Source: a bacterium
GTDB taxonomy: Bacteria > UBA8248
Assembly (NCBI GenBank): GCA_963692865.2
Contig: OY843592.1
Span: 512,001-576,000, forward strand
Length of the DNA stretch: 64,000 nt
Reading direction: 5' to 3'
Positions 29,150 to 39,863 of the stretch are shown in pieces. The translations under genes and the position numbers were made by a program. A model generated the notes under the pieces. That model was not told the origin of the DNA. It saw only the letters and a list, made by a program, of their open reading frames with translations, and made no database searches. The first letter of the stretch is position 1, and the number at the start of each line of letters is the position of its first letter.

Positions 29150-30751
29150 CTAGGGGGATGTTGCGGACGATACCGCCCCGGCGCTTCGCATCCCGCGCTG
29201 CGCGAGGAGCGCCGCCCGGCGAAGCGTCTCCACGTCCGCGCTCTGGGCGTCCTTCAAGACGGCGAGCGCCAGTTCGAGGACGGGGTCTTCTTTCTTCTCC
29301 TGCGTCTTTTCCTCTTTCTTGTAGAGCGAAGTCTTCATCTCCTTTCTTCGCTCGCTGATCTCTTTTTTGGTGAGCGCCCGAGGACCCGCCTCTACGTCGG
29401 GCTGTATGCCCTTCTCGTGGATCAGGCGGCCCAGCGGCGTGTAGTACTTCGCCGTCGTGAGTCTGACCGCCGCCTTGCCATCGGTGGGGATGATGGCCTG
29501 AACGGAGCCTTTGCCGAAGCTCGTTCTGCCGATGATCAGGGCGCGATCCAGATCCTGCAGGGCGCCGGCCACGATCTCGGACGCGCTCGCGCTTCCCTTG
29601 TTGATCAGTACGACCAGGGGCTTACCCACCCAGACGCCGGCGCCGCGAGAGCGGAAATACACCGTCTCCTTGCGCCTCCGCCCCCGGGTGAAGACGACCA
29701 TGCTCCCATCGGGCAGAAAACGTTCGGAGACCTGGACGGACTGGCGGAGAAAACCGCCCGGGTTGTCGCGAAGGTCCAGCACGATCCCGCGCACCTTCTT
29801 GCGGATCAAATCGTTGAGTCCTACGTCCAGTTCCCGCGTCGTGCGGCCATGAAAGGCCGTGACCCGCAGATACCCGATCCCGCCCTCTTTCACCTCCGTC
29901 TTCACGCTGCGGATGCTGATGATGGCGCGGCGCAGCGTCACCTTGCGGGGCTCGGGCCAAGCGGCGCGCGAGATCAGCAAATCGACCGTCTTGCCCGCGG
30001 GGCCGCGCATGCGGCGCACCACCTCGAACAGCGGCATGTCCGCCGTGGCCGCGCCGTCGATCTCCAGAATCACGTCCTCGGACTTGAGGCCCGCGCGATA
30101 GGCGGGCGTGTCGTCGATGGGCGATATGACGGTGAGTTTCTTCTCCCGCACCGTGATGATGACGCCCACCCCGCCGTAGCGGCCCGTGTGCTCCACCTGC
30201 ATTTGCCTGTAGGACTCGGGCGATACGAACGTGCTGAAAGGGTCCAGGGAACGCAGCATGGAAGAAAGCGCGGCGTACATGACGCGCAGGCCCTCTTTTT
30301 CCTTCTTCTCCTTCTTCGCCGAATCCCCGATGTTCTCCATCGCGAACCGGTAGGCGCGCTCGAACCCGCCCAGCCCGCCGTCGGCGCCTCCACCGAGGCG
30401 AACGAGCAGTTCCTTCTCCCCCGACTTGAGGAGAACCTCGTCCCCTCCTTTCTCCTCGAAATCGAAGCTTCCCTCGCCCGCGCCTTTCTTGAGGCCTTCC
30501 AGGCCCGCGACGTACATTTTCCTGAAATCGGGCGTGCGCGCATAATTATCGTCTACGATCTGCACGGCCTGGTACAAAAGGGCGATGGCGTCTTCCTGAT
30601 CGCGCGAAAGCGAAAAGACGAGGCTCGCGGAGAGCACCGCAGCCAAAAGGACGAGGCATATCGCAAGATGCTTCGCGCGCCCGACGCCGCCTGCGCGGGT
30701 GCGGAAAAGGTGAGAAAAGCGGTTGCGTCTCATCGACATGGGTCGTCCCAA
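29150..30751 (-). CDS. S41 family carboxyl-terminal processing protease
   Basis: LDPFS, PDZ-like GVG..SPIDDTPA, DLRDNPGG, SASASEIVAGALQD, TSFGKGSVQ, AKYYTP. Confidence 0.95.
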   Translation of the reverse strand: MGRPMSMRRNRFSHLFRTRAGGVGRAKHLAICLVLLAAVLSASLVFSLSRDQEDAIALLYQAVQIVDDNYARTPDFRKMYVAGLEGLKKGAGEGSFDFEEKGGDEVLLKSGEKELLVRLGGGADGGLGGFERAYRFAMENIGDSAKKEKKEKEGLRVMYAALSSMLRSLDPFSTFVSPESYRQMQVEHTGRYGGVGVIITVREKKLTVISPIDDTPAYRAGLKSEDVILEIDGAATADMPLFEVVRRMRGPAGKTVDLLISRAAWPEPRKVTLRRAIISIRSVKTEVKEGGIGYLRVTAFHGRTTRELDVGLNDLIRKKVRGIVLDLRDNPGGFLRQSVQVSERFLPDGSMVVFTRGRRRKETVYFRSRGAGVWVGKPLVVLINKGSASASEIVAGALQDLDRALIIGRTSFGKGSVQAIIPTDGKAAVRLTTAKYYTPLGRLIHEKGIQPDVEAGPRALTKKEISERRKEMKTSLYKKEEKTQEKKEDPVLELALAVLKDAQSADVETLRRAALLAQRGMRSAGAVSSATSP

Positions 30752-30858
30752 CGGCTAGGGTTCACCGGATGGCTTCGCATGGGACATCATACCACAGCCC
30801 GGCGGAATGCGCCGCCCCGGCGCATTTTAGAGAGAGACCGGTTCCGAAGGAGGAATCC

Positions 30859-31542
30859 GTGATGATCTCCATCGTCGTGCCCGTACTGAACGAAGCGCCC
30901 AGGCTGTCCGCCATGTTCGACATGCTCGACGCCCAGCCGGGAGAGAAGCAGATCATCCTCGCCGACGGGGGAAGCGAGGACGACACGCGCGCCGCGGCGG
31001 AAGGGCGCGCCATGATCGTCGAGTCCGAACCCGGCCGCGCGCGCCAGATGAACGCGGGCGCGGCCCATGCGACGGGCGAGACGATCCTGTTTCTTCACTG
31101 CGACACGAGACTTCCGCCGGGGGCCGTAAGGGATATCGAGGACGTCATGGGCGCGGGCGACGTGGCGGGCGGCGGCTTTCTCCACAGTTTTGATCGCCAG
31201 GATCGCTTCAGCCGCTTCATCAGCTTCAGCGCCAACACGCGCGCGAAAATCGCGAAACTCTTCTTCGGCGATCAGTGCATCTTCATCCGGCGCGAGGCCT
31301 TCGAGCGTATGGGCGGCTACGCCGACATGCCCCTGTTCGAGGACTGGGATTTGAGCCGAAGGATGCGCGCGCTCGGGCGCGTGGCCGTCATCGAGACGCC
31401 CGTCGTCACCAGCGGGCGGCGCATCGACGTATGGGGCAAGCCCAAATGCCTCCTCATCTGGTGGGGGCTGAGCATCCTCTACGCGCTGGGCGTATCCGCC
31501 GAGCGCCTCGCCCGGTATTACGCGCATGTGCGCGACGCTTGA
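30859..31542 (+). CDS. glycosyltransferase family 2, TIGR04283-like
   Basis: ISIVVPVLNEA, DGGSED, GRARQMNAGA, FLHCDT, GDQCIF, PLFED, TSGRR. Confidence 0.88.
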   Translation: MMISIVVPVLNEAPRLSAMFDMLDAQPGEKQIILADGGSEDDTRAAAEGRAMIVESEPGRARQMNAGAAHATGETILFLHCDTRLPPGAVRDIEDVMGAGDVAGGGFLHSFDRQDRFSRFISFSANTRAKIAKLFFGDQCIFIRREAFERMGGYADMPLFEDWDLSRRMRALGRVAVIETPVVTSGRRIDVWGKPKCLLIWWGLSILYALGVSAERLARYYAHVRDA

Positions 31543-31685
31543 TGCGCGCATTTTCAGCGAAACTCCTTGCGCCCCACCGCCCAGGAAGTGATATATTGCG
31601 CCTGAATTCATCACCCATTCGCAGATAGCGGTTCAAAAGCCTCATCCGCGCGGGTCATGGCGCGGCTGACGGCGGGAGGCGAGGA

Positions 31686-33758
31686 ATGCGATTCGCGGTC
31701 GATACGGGCGGGACGTTCACCGATCTGGTGCTGGAAGACAACCGGGGCCGCCTCCACATGTTCAAGGCCCCCACGACGCCCCGGGACCCGGTGGAGGGCA
31801 TTCTCGCGGCAATCGAGTCGGCAGCCGTTGCCCTCTCGACGAACACCGAGGATCTCCTCGCCCAGGGCGAGCTCTTCATCCACGGCACCACCCACGCCAC
31901 CAACGCCATCGTGACGGGAGGCACCGCCAGGACCGCCTTCCTCACCACGAAAGGCCACCCCGACATCCTCGTGCTGCGCGAGGGCGGGCGCATGGAGCCG
32001 TTCAACTTCCTGGTGCCGTTTCCCAAGCCCTACATCCCGCGCGCGCTCACCTACGAGGCGCCCGAGCGCATGGGTGCTGACGGCAGCGTGTACGAGCCGC
32101 TCGATGAGGCGGGCGTCATCGGGATCATCGAGGAGTTAAAAGAAAAAGAGGTGGAGGCGGTGGCCGTCTCCCTGCTGTGGTCCACCGTGAATCCCGCGCA
32201 CGAGATCGGCGTGGGGCGTTTGCTGAAAAAACACTTGAAGGGCGTGCCCTTCACCCTGTCCCATGTTCTCAACCCGATCCTGCGCGAATACCGCAGGGCA
32301 TCTTCCACCTGCATCGACGCCTCTCTCAAGCCCCTGATGTCGCGCTACATCGGCGGGCTGCAAGAAAGGCTCAAGGCGGCGGGCTTCGGCGGGCGGCTCT
32401 TGATGCTGACGTCGAAGGGCGGCGTGATGGACGCGGACGAACTCTCCGAGGCGCCCATCCACTCGGTGGGTTCGGGGCCGTCGATGGCCCCCATCGCGGG
32501 CAGGCATTTTTCGCGCGCCGACGCCAGGGCGGCCACGGCGATAGTGGCCGACACCGGCGGCACCACCTACGACGTGAGCCTCGTGCGCCGGGGCGAGATA
32601 CCCATGTCGCCCGAAACCTGGCTCGGCCAGCGTTACCGGGGGCACATTCTGGGCTTCCCCTCGGTGGATGTGAAGAGCATCGGCGCGGGCGGGGGGAGCA
32701 TCGCCTGGGTGGATGAGGGCGGACTCCTGCACGTGGGGCCGCAGAGCGCGGGCGCGGAACCGGGACCGGCCTGCTACGGCCGGGGCGGAACACGTCCCAC
32801 CTTGACGGACGCCTCGCTCGTGCTGGGCCACATCGACCCGGACTACTTCCTGGGCGGCGCAATGACGCTTAAGCCCGCTGAAGCCGAGAAAGCCATATTG
32901 AAAGACGTGGCCGAACCGCTTGGCCTCTCTCTTCAGGAGGCGGCCTCGGCCATCCTGCGCCTCGCGACGGAGAACATGGTGGGCGCGATCGAGGAGATCA
33001 CCATCCACCAGGGCATCGACCCCAGGGGCGCGGTGCTGATCGGCGGCGGCGGGGCGGCGGGCCTGAACTCGGTCGCCATCGCCAAGCGGCTGGGCTGCCA
33101 GGGTCTGGTGATTCCGGAAGTCGGCGCTGCGCTCTCCGCCGCGGGCGCGATGATGAGCGACTTACACGCCGATTACCGCTCGATGTTCTTCACCGTCACA
33201 GACCGCTTCGACTTCAAGGGTGCGAACGAGACCTTGAAAACTCTTGGAGACCGCTGTCGCGCCTTCATCAAGGGCCCCGGCAAGGGGGCGGTGGAGAGCG
33301 CGACGGAATTCTACGTCGAGGCGCGCTACAAGCACCAGATATGGGAGATCGATCTGGGATTGCCCATCAACCGCTTCCGCTCGAAAAAAGACGTGGCGCG
33401 CACGCGGGCGGCGTTTGACGAGGTGCACGAGGAGGTATTCGCCTTCCGCGACCCATCGTCAGAGGTCGAATTCGTCGGCTGGCGCGCCGTGGCGCGGTGC
33501 AAGCTGAGAAAGGGCCGCTTCGGCAGGCTCGTCCGCGAGTCGATCCACGAGACGACGCTTCCCAGGCGGCGTGAGGCCTATTTCGCGGGCAAGGGCCTCG
33601 TGAACGCGCGCGTGGCGGCGTTCGATTCCATGAAGCCGGGCGAGGCGATGCGCGGGCCGGCCATCATCGAATCGCCGTTCACGACGGTGGTCATCGACCC
33701 CGGCGCCAGGGCCGAGCGCACGAGAAGCGGCAGTCTGTTCATCACGCTCCAGGAGTAG
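31686..33758 (+). CDS. hydantoinase/oxoprolinase family, subunit A
   Basis: AVDTGGTFTD, HGTTHATNA, SGPS, DTGGTTYDV, IGAGGGSIA, VGPQSAGAEPGPACYGRGG. Confidence 0.95.
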   Translation: MRFAVDTGGTFTDLVLEDNRGRLHMFKAPTTPRDPVEGILAAIESAAVALSTNTEDLLAQGELFIHGTTHATNAIVTGGTARTAFLTTKGHPDILVLREGGRMEPFNFLVPFPKPYIPRALTYEAPERMGADGSVYEPLDEAGVIGIIEELKEKEVEAVAVSLLWSTVNPAHEIGVGRLLKKHLKGVPFTLSHVLNPILREYRRASSTCIDASLKPLMSRYIGGLQERLKAAGFGGRLLMLTSKGGVMDADELSEAPIHSVGSGPSMAPIAGRHFSRADARAATAIVADTGGTTYDVSLVRRGEIPMSPETWLGQRYRGHILGFPSVDVKSIGAGGGSIAWVDEGGLLHVGPQSAGAEPGPACYGRGGTRPTLTDASLVLGHIDPDYFLGGAMTLKPAEAEKAILKDVAEPLGLSLQEAASAILRLATENMVGAIEEITIHQGIDPRGAVLIGGGGAAGLNSVAIAKRLGCQGLVIPEVGAALSAAGAMMSDLHADYRSMFFTVTDRFDFKGANETLKTLGDRCRAFIKGPGKGAVESATEFYVEARYKHQIWEIDLGLPINRFRSKKDVARTRAAFDEVHEEVFAFRDPSSEVEFVGWRAVARCKLRKGRFGRLVRESIHETTLPRRREAYFAGKGLVNARVAAFDSMKPGEAMRGPAIIESPFTTVVIDPGARAERTRSGSLFITLQE

Positions 33759-33761
33759 AAC

Positions 33762-35564
33762 ATGGCGAGAGCAAATACGAGACGCGCGAAGCGAAAGACG
33801 AAGCTGGACCCCATCACCCTGGCGGTGCTGCACAAGCGCTTCGACGCCGTGACCACCAAGATGGCGAACACGCTGCTCAGGACGGGCCGTTCGGGCGTCC
33901 TGAACCTCGCGCGTGATTTCTCGACCTCCGTGGTGACGCGCGAGTGCGAACTGCTCACGGGCGCGGAATCGCTGCCCATCCACCACCTGAGCGGGGCGGA
34001 CCTGATGGCCCGCTCCATGATGGATTTGCATCCGAACTTGAAACGCGGCGACGCGTATCTGCACAACTCACCCTACCACGGCTGCTCGCACCCGGCGGAC
34101 CACACCATCCTCGTGCCCGTCATCGACAAGCGGGGCGAGCACCGGTTCACCGTGTGGGTGAAGGCCCACCAGGCGGATTGCGGATGCAGCCAGCCCACCA
34201 CGTACATGGGCCACGCGCGCGACGTGTACGAGGAGGGCGCGCTCATCTTCCCGCCCACCAAGGTGCAGGAGAACTATGAGGACAACGAGGACTTCATCAA
34301 CTTCTGCCGGATGAGGATCCGCGTGCCCGAGCAGTGGTACGGCGACTACCTCGCCATGATCGGCGCAGCCAGAATCGGAGAGCGCGAGGTGCTCGCCATG
34401 GGGGATGAATACGGCTGGGAGACGCTGCACGATTTCTCCAAAGAGTGGTTCGACTACAGCGAGAAGCTCATGGTCTCCGCCATCCGGAAACTCCCCACCG
34501 GCGAGGCCACCACCCACAGCACGCACGACCCCGTGCCCGGCACGCCGGAAGAAGGCATCCCCATCACCGCGCACGTGCGGATTGACAATAAAAAAGCCAC
34601 CATCGAGGTGGATTTGCGCGACAATCCAGACGCCATGCCCTGCGGGCTGAACCTGAGCGAGGCCTGCGCGCGCACGGGCGCGATGATCGGCGTGTTCAAC
34701 AGCATCGACGACATCGTGCCCACGAACGCGGGCAGCTTCCGCCGGATCAACGTGCTGATTCGAGACGGCTCCGTCGCCGGCGGCGGCAAGCACCCCACTT
34801 CGATGTCGGTCGCCACCACCAACCTGGCCGACCGCGTGACGAGCCCGGTGCAGCGCGCGTTCTCGAAGATCCAGGACGGCATCGGGCTGGCGGAGTGCGG
34901 GCCGATTTTCCCGGCGTCGATGGGCGTCATCTCGGGCTTCGATCCGAGAAACGACAACGAACCCTTCGTGAACCACTTGTTCCTGATGGTCACGGGCGGC
35001 GCGGGCGCAGGGAAAACCGACGCCTGGCTCACCATCTTACACGCGGGCAACGCCGGCATGTGCTTCGTGGACAGCATCGAACTGGACGAACTCCACTTCC
35101 CCATCTACATCAAGACACGCAGGCTCATGCCCGACACCGAGGGCGCGGGCCGGACGATTGGCGCGCCTTCGGGCTATTGCGAATACGGCCCCGTGGGCGG
35201 GGGGGACCTGGAGGTCGTCTACGTGTCGGACGGCGCGATAAACGCCTCGAAGGGAACGCTCGGCGGGTTGAACGGAGCGGTCTGCCGGAACTTCCTCATG
35301 CGCGAGGACGGAACGCTTGAGGACCTGCCCGCCTGCGCGGACATCATCCTCAAACCCGGCGAGAACGTGGCGTCCTACTGCACGGGCGGGGGCGGCTACG
35401 GCCCGCCGCACGAGAGGCCCGTCGAGAAGGTGCGCGAGGACGTGGAGGAGAAGTGGATCACCAAAGAGCGCGCCTGGAAGGTCTACGGCGTCGCGGTCGA
35501 CGACGCGGGCGAAGTGGACATGGCCAGGACGAAGCGGAGAAGGAAGCGGTTGAGCGCGAAGTAA
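33762..35564 (+). CDS. hydantoinase B/oxoprolinase family, subunit B
   Basis: LDPITL, DFS, NSPYHGCSH, HQAD, EEG, DTEGAG, GGGGYGPP.ER. Confidence 0.95.
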   Translation: MARANTRRAKRKTKLDPITLAVLHKRFDAVTTKMANTLLRTGRSGVLNLARDFSTSVVTRECELLTGAESLPIHHLSGADLMARSMMDLHPNLKRGDAYLHNSPYHGCSHPADHTILVPVIDKRGEHRFTVWVKAHQADCGCSQPTTYMGHARDVYEEGALIFPPTKVQENYEDNEDFINFCRMRIRVPEQWYGDYLAMIGAARIGEREVLAMGDEYGWETLHDFSKEWFDYSEKLMVSAIRKLPTGEATTHSTHDPVPGTPEEGIPITAHVRIDNKKATIEVDLRDNPDAMPCGLNLSEACARTGAMIGVFNSIDDIVPTNAGSFRRINVLIRDGSVAGGGKHPTSMSVATTNLADRVTSPVQRAFSKIQDGIGLAECGPIFPASMGVISGFDPRNDNEPFVNHLFLMVTGGAGAGKTDAWLTILHAGNAGMCFVDSIELDELHFPIYIKTRRLMPDTEGAGRTIGAPSGYCEYGPVGGGDLEVVYVSDGAINASKGTLGGLNGAVCRNFLMREDGTLEDLPACADIILKPGENVASYCTGGGGYGPPHERPVEKVREDVEEKWITKERAWKVYGVAVDDAGEVDMARTKRRRKRLSAK

Positions 35565-35589
35565 GGAATTGAGACGGCGCATGGTTTTG

Positions 35590-35953
35590 CAGGGTCAGAC
35601 ATATATGTCTGACCTGTGTGTTCTCCCGTGCAGAGTCGGTCGTCATGAAATCGGGCGGACACGCAGGTCCGCCCCTACCAAAACTCTCCATTTTCACTGT
35701 AGGGGACGCATACATGCGTCCCTTCGCTTTTGGCCGTCACTCATGTGAAGTTCCATTCCCTCTTGATGTAGCATACAAATTCACTCCCCCCTTGAGGGGG
35801 AGTCACAGAGGCCGAGTCCTTTGGACGAAGGCCGATGTGGTGGGGGGACATGCCACAGAAAAAACTCCCCCCACCGATTCAGCCTTCGCATAAAATGCTC
35901 GGCTTCATCGTCGGGCTTTCCCCTCGGAAAGCTCGACCCTCAAGGGGGGAGTG
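35590..35953. repeat. REP-like palindromes plus a 173-bp element with 18-bp TIRs
   Basis: GTAG-type palindromes, and TCACTCCCCCCTTGAGGG (35781)...CCCTCAAGGGGGGAGTGA (35953). Related copies lie at about 52931-53093 and 56487-56672. Confidence 0.8.
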
Positions 35954-36002
35954 ATTTTCTTCTTCGCAGGAATGACAGGCGGGAAGCGGGTCTGGTGAAT
36001 CA

Positions 36003-36377
36003 TCACGCGGCCTTGCCTCTGCGTCGCGCCCGTTTCTGATACGCAACGCTCGGCCAATAGCAGGTAATAATTTCGCCGCCCTCCATGACGACCTTGAGGC
36101 CCCTCAAGCGCTCGAATCGCCGGACTCCATGCTTGAGCGCGGAAATCTCCCGGTTCGCGTCCGCGCCGTTCATGACATTAAGTTTCCTCATGCGCTCGAT
36201 CCACTTGATTTGATCTTTCAAATCGTCAATCTCACGATCCGCGTCGGAGTCCCTCATAAACCACTCGTCGGGGCCGATCTGCGTCCCGCATGTTAGAACC
36301 TTTTCTGCGTCTTCGTCCCGAACTCCTCGCTGGCTCATGCGTGTTATGGCGTGGTGGGTGAGTTTGTAATCAGGCAT
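36003..36377 (-). CDS. DUF4258-like small protein (putative RNase toxin) with an internal 28-aa duplication
   Basis: LTHHAITRMSQRGV..D...VL..G N-terminus and KVVMEGGEIITCY C-terminus. The ATG overlaps the upstream stop (ATGCCTGA). Confidence 0.65.
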   Translation of the reverse strand: MPDYKLTHHAITRMSQRGVRDEDAEKVLTCGTQIGPDEWFMRDSDADREIDDLKDQIKWIERMRKLNVMNGADANREISALKHGVRRFERLRGLKVVMEGGEIITCYWPSVAYQKRARRRGKAA

Positions 36378-37344
36378 TTTCGTCCCCTTTCTCAGACAAT
36401 TCATTGGCAAGGGTAGTAAGGTGAAAGGGAAAGCTATTCTCCCAGTCTTCATCGGGCACTTCCGATTCCAGCCACTTCACGCGCTTGGAAGTTACATCTT
36501 CATCTTCGCCGCGAAGCTCTTTAGGGATTTTGCCAATGCTCGTATATCCGTGCGACAGGGCGTAGTCGGCGCGAGTGGAGCCGCCCGTGAGGCTTTTTCG
36601 GTATGTTTTGAAAAGAGGGCCTTGGTCGAAAAATGTATCGGAACCGAAATGGATTTTTTCGGGATCGATAACGTCGTTGTCTGGACCTAATTCCCTCGCC
36701 AACTGTTTTAGAAAGTCAGAAAAAGAGTTGCCCTCAACACTTTCTTCAAACATTTCACCCCAATATTTCGTAAACAGATTTCGGCGGCCATAGCTACTAT
36801 CTAAGCCATAGAGAAGCACCCCCATGCCGATATCGAAACTGCTACAATCGTAATCAGTAATGTCCGCCTCAAGATAGTCATCAGTGTTCGTATAGAAGTC
36901 CACCATCCTCGGCTCGAAGGCTTCCAAAGCCGCTTTTGCTTCCTTGGCGTGGCGGTGGCGGGCAGCCAGGCTCATCTCAGCAAGCAGGGTCAAGAGCATC
37001 GGCGCCGCTTTGATGATCTGCCTCGTTTCAACGCCGTATTGCTCCGCTACTAAATCGTATGCGAGGATTGTTTCACTATCGAGAACCAGTTTAATTGGTC
37101 GCAATCCATGCTTTTGGAGTTCTTCCTCTCGCACCGCTTCGGAGTCGGGAGCTTCGAATAGGATTTCTGGTTTGACGTCCAAGGCTTTGGCGAGCAACCT
37201 TACCGTCTCGCCCCTAGGTTCTCCTTCGCCAAGTTCTATACGTGCTATCGTCTTCTTTGAAACGCCAGATACTTCTTTTAATGCCTCTTGACTGAGCCCC
37301 ATCTTCTTTCTTAAATTTCGTAGTGTGTCTTTGTGTACCTTCAT
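36370..37344 (-). CDS. XRE-family HTH protein with a long uncharacterised C-terminal domain
   Basis: LRNLRKKMGLSQEALKEVSGVSKKTIARIELG HTH. GGAGG RBS and lower GC. Confidence 0.85.
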   Translation of the reverse strand: MKVHKDTLRNLRKKMGLSQEALKEVSGVSKKTIARIELGEGEPRGETVRLLAKALDVKPEILFEAPDSEAVREEELQKHGLRPIKLVLDSETILAYDLVAEQYGVETRQIIKAAPMLLTLLAEMSLAARHRHAKEAKAALEAFEPRMVDFYTNTDDYLEADITDYDCSSFDIGMGVLLYGLDSSYGRRNLFTKYWGEMFEESVEGNSFSDFLKQLARELGPDNDVIDPEKIHFGSDTFFDQGPLFKTYRKSLTGGSTRADYALSHGYTSIGKIPKELRGEDEDVTSKRVKWLESEVPDEDWENSFPFHLTTLANELSEKGDENA

Positions 37345-37434
37345 AGCTTTGCCTCCATGGTAGAGAAACCCATAACCTACGCACCCCTGATTGTTACATC
37401 AAATATTGGAGAAATAAACCCCCATCTTAAATGT

Positions 37435-37459
37435 AATGACATTAAATATAAATGTCATT
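37435..37459. promoter_or_regulatory. Palindromic operator upstream of the XRE gene
   Basis: Perfect AATGACATT-N7-AATGTCATT in an AT-rich stretch. Confidence 0.55.
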
Positions 37460-37599
37460 TTATGAAGTTCAAGCAGATCAGTGTCCCCGAAACGTACTTT
37501 CTCGGGAGCAACTTGGCTGACACCCTCCAAAACCGCGCACGCCCCCGACACTTTGGGGACAAATCCGCCATCCGAAGCAGACTGCCAAGTCCACATCAT

Positions 37600-37925
37600 T
37601 ATTCATTCCCGTCCGCTCTGGATTCCGGCATACGCCGGAATGACGGGCGATATCGAGGTCTTGAGCCTGTAGGGACAGGTCTCGACCTGTCCCTACGGCC
37701 ACTCTATAAGGAATTCCCGCATCATTCGGGCGGACACACGGGTCCGCCCCTACGGTCATCATCTCCGGTTGTGACGTAGGGGTCGTTCGCGAATGACCTC
37801 TTTTCCTCATCCCGAGTAGGCGCGCTTGCGCGCCGTATCGAGGGAGAGCCAGCGACTCACCCCGAGCCCGTCGAGGGAAGGACGCCCTTCGATACGCCGC
37901 CTTCGGCGGCTACTCAGGGTGAGGC
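37600..37925. repeat. REP-like palindrome cluster
   Basis: ATTCCGGCATACGCCGGAAT, GTAGGGACAGGTCTCGACCTGTCCCTAC, GGGCGGACACACGGGTCCGCCCCTAC, and CTTCGATACG...CTACTCAGGGTGAGG (also at about 41000 and 53240). Confidence 0.75.
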
Positions 37926-38202
37926 CGGCAGGGCGGCTTATTAGGACGAGGGAAAGGCACCCGGTTCAAGGCGGGGAGCGAACCGGCAGTTTCTCCTTCA
38001 TCTGTCGACAATCGCTCCCGCACCGATCGGGAAACCGCAGCCCCTCCTCATCAGTCAGCAATCGCGCCCGCATTGGTTGCGATTGCCCCCTTCCCCATCG
38101 CACCAAAGGGCGGTATCATGCCCGCAAAAATCGAGACGCAATCCTTATCAGGGACTTTTCGCTTCCGGTACGACCCGGGAGCGCCGCAGGGAGGAAACAC
38201 CC

Positions 38203-38946
38203 ATGAAATTAAAAGACAAGGTCGCCATCGTCACGGGCGGCTCGCAGGGCATCGGCGAGGCCATCTGCCGCCGCTTCGCGGAAGAAGGCGCGAAGGTCGC
38301 GGTCGTGAACCGCACGGCGGAAACGGGAGAGGCGCTCGCGGCGGAGATCGGAGACGCGGCCCGCGCGTTTCCGTGCGACGTATCCAAGAAGTCGGCGGTG
38401 GACGCCATGGTGGCCGACGTGGTGGGGGCGTTCGGCACGGTGGACATCCTCGTCGGCAACCACGGCATCATGATCAACAAGGAGCTCGAAGCCTACAGTG
38501 AGCAAGAGTGGGACGACATCATCGACATCAACCTCAAGGGCAACTTCCTGCTCTCACAGGCCATCGTGCCCATCATGAAAGAGAAGAGCTACGGCAAGAT
38601 CGTCTTCATGGCCTCCATCGCCGCCACGCACGCCTTCCCCAACGCGGTGCCCTACTGCGCGAGCAAGGGCGGGGTGTATATGATCACGCGCGCGCTGGCG
38701 GCGGAGATATCCAAGTGCGGCATCAACGTGAACTGCATCTCGCCGGGCAACACGGCTACGCCGCTCAACCAGCACTTACAGGACGACCCCGAGTTCGTGA
38801 AGCTCATGGCGAGCTACACGCCCACGGGCCGGGCCTACATCACCACGGCGGAGATGGCGGGCGCTGCGGTGTTCCTGGCGTCCGACGACGCGAGCGCGGT
38901 GCACGGCCTCGACCTCATCGTGGACGACGGCTGGTGCGCCATTTAA
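38203..38946 (+). CDS. short-chain dehydrogenase/reductase
   Basis: TGGSQGIG, YCASKGG, NCISPG. ATG 38203 after GGAGG. Confidence 0.95.
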   Translation: MKLKDKVAIVTGGSQGIGEAICRRFAEEGAKVAVVNRTAETGEALAAEIGDAARAFPCDVSKKSAVDAMVADVVGAFGTVDILVGNHGIMINKELEAYSEQEWDDIIDINLKGNFLLSQAIVPIMKEKSYGKIVFMASIAATHAFPNAVPYCASKGGVYMITRALAAEISKCGINVNCISPGNTATPLNQHLQDDPEFVKLMASYTPTGRAYITTAEMAGAAVFLASDDASAVHGLDLIVDDGWCAI

Positions 38947-38966
38947 GCGCGGACTGAAAAACCGAT

Positions 38967-39863
38967 ATGCCCGGCGCGCTCAAATCCATCACGACCCCCG
39001 CGCTCGAAATCGGCTATCTGGAGACGGGCGAGGAGGCGGCCCCGCCCGTCATCCTGGTCCACGGCTTCCCGGACGACGCGCGAACGTGGGACAGGGTCGT
39101 CCCCATCCTGAACGATGCGGGCTTCCGGACGCTTTGCCCCTACGTGCGCGGCTACGGCCCCACGCGTTTCCTCAATCCTGAGACCCCCCGAAGCGCCCAG
39201 TACACGGCTTTGGCTTCAGACATCACGGCCTTCGCCGACGCCCTGGAGCTCGAGCGCTTCACCCTCGTGGGGCACGACTGGGGCGCGCGGGCTTCCTATT
39301 GCGTCGCGGCCATGCGGCCAAAGCGCCTGAACGCGCTCATCGTCAGCCCCGCGGGCTACGGCACGGGACGCCCCCAACAGCGGATGTCGGTCGATCAGGT
39401 GCGCGCGTACTGGTACCAGTGGTTTTTCTGCACCGACCGCGGACGCGATGCTCTGAAGGAGGACGCCGCCGGTTTCTGCCGCGAGCTCTGGCGGACGTGG
39501 TCGCCGAACTGGGACTTTTCGGACCCTGAATTCGAGGCGACGGCGCGGTCTTTCGAGAACCCCGATTTCGTGGATATCGTCATGCACTCCTACCGCTACC
39601 GGTGGGGATATGAGAAGCCCGACCCAAAGTATCAGGACGCGGAGAGCTTCATGGCGGGCCTGCCGGACATCTCCGCCCCGACCGTTCTCGTGCAGGGCGC
39701 AGAGGACGGGGCGTCGCGGCCCGAGAGTTCCGAGGGCAAGGAGCGGCATTTCACGGGCGGCTACCGGAGAATTCTGGTGGAAGGCGCGGGGCATTTCGCC
39801 CAGCGCGAGAAGCCGGAAGACTTCGCCGCCGCGATTCTCGAAGTCCTGAAAAGGGATGGATAG
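38967..39863 (+). CDS. alpha/beta hydrolase (epoxide hydrolase-like)
   Basis: HGFPD, RGYG, GHDWGA, WYQWFF, GHF.QRE. Confidence 0.9.
   Translation: MPGALKSITTPALEIGYLETGEEAAPPVILVHGFPDDARTWDRVVPILNDAGFRTLCPYVRGYGPTRFLNPETPRSAQYTALASDITAFADALELERFTLVGHDWGARASYCVAAMRPKRLNALIVSPAGYGTGRPQQRMSVDQVRAYWYQWFFCTDRGRDALKEDAAGFCRELWRTWSPNWDFSDPEFEATARSFENPDFVDIVMHSYRYRWGYEKPDPKYQDAESFMAGLPDISAPTVLVQGAEDGASRPESSEGKERHFTGGYRRILVEGAGHFAQREKPEDFAAAILEVLKRDG

Noticed and set aside
30859-31542. Link between the TIGR04283-like glycosyltransferase and the selenoproteins or an arsenosugar cluster
   Set aside because: Its usual partners (second transferase, cognate radical SAM) are not adjacent, so there is no positional support.
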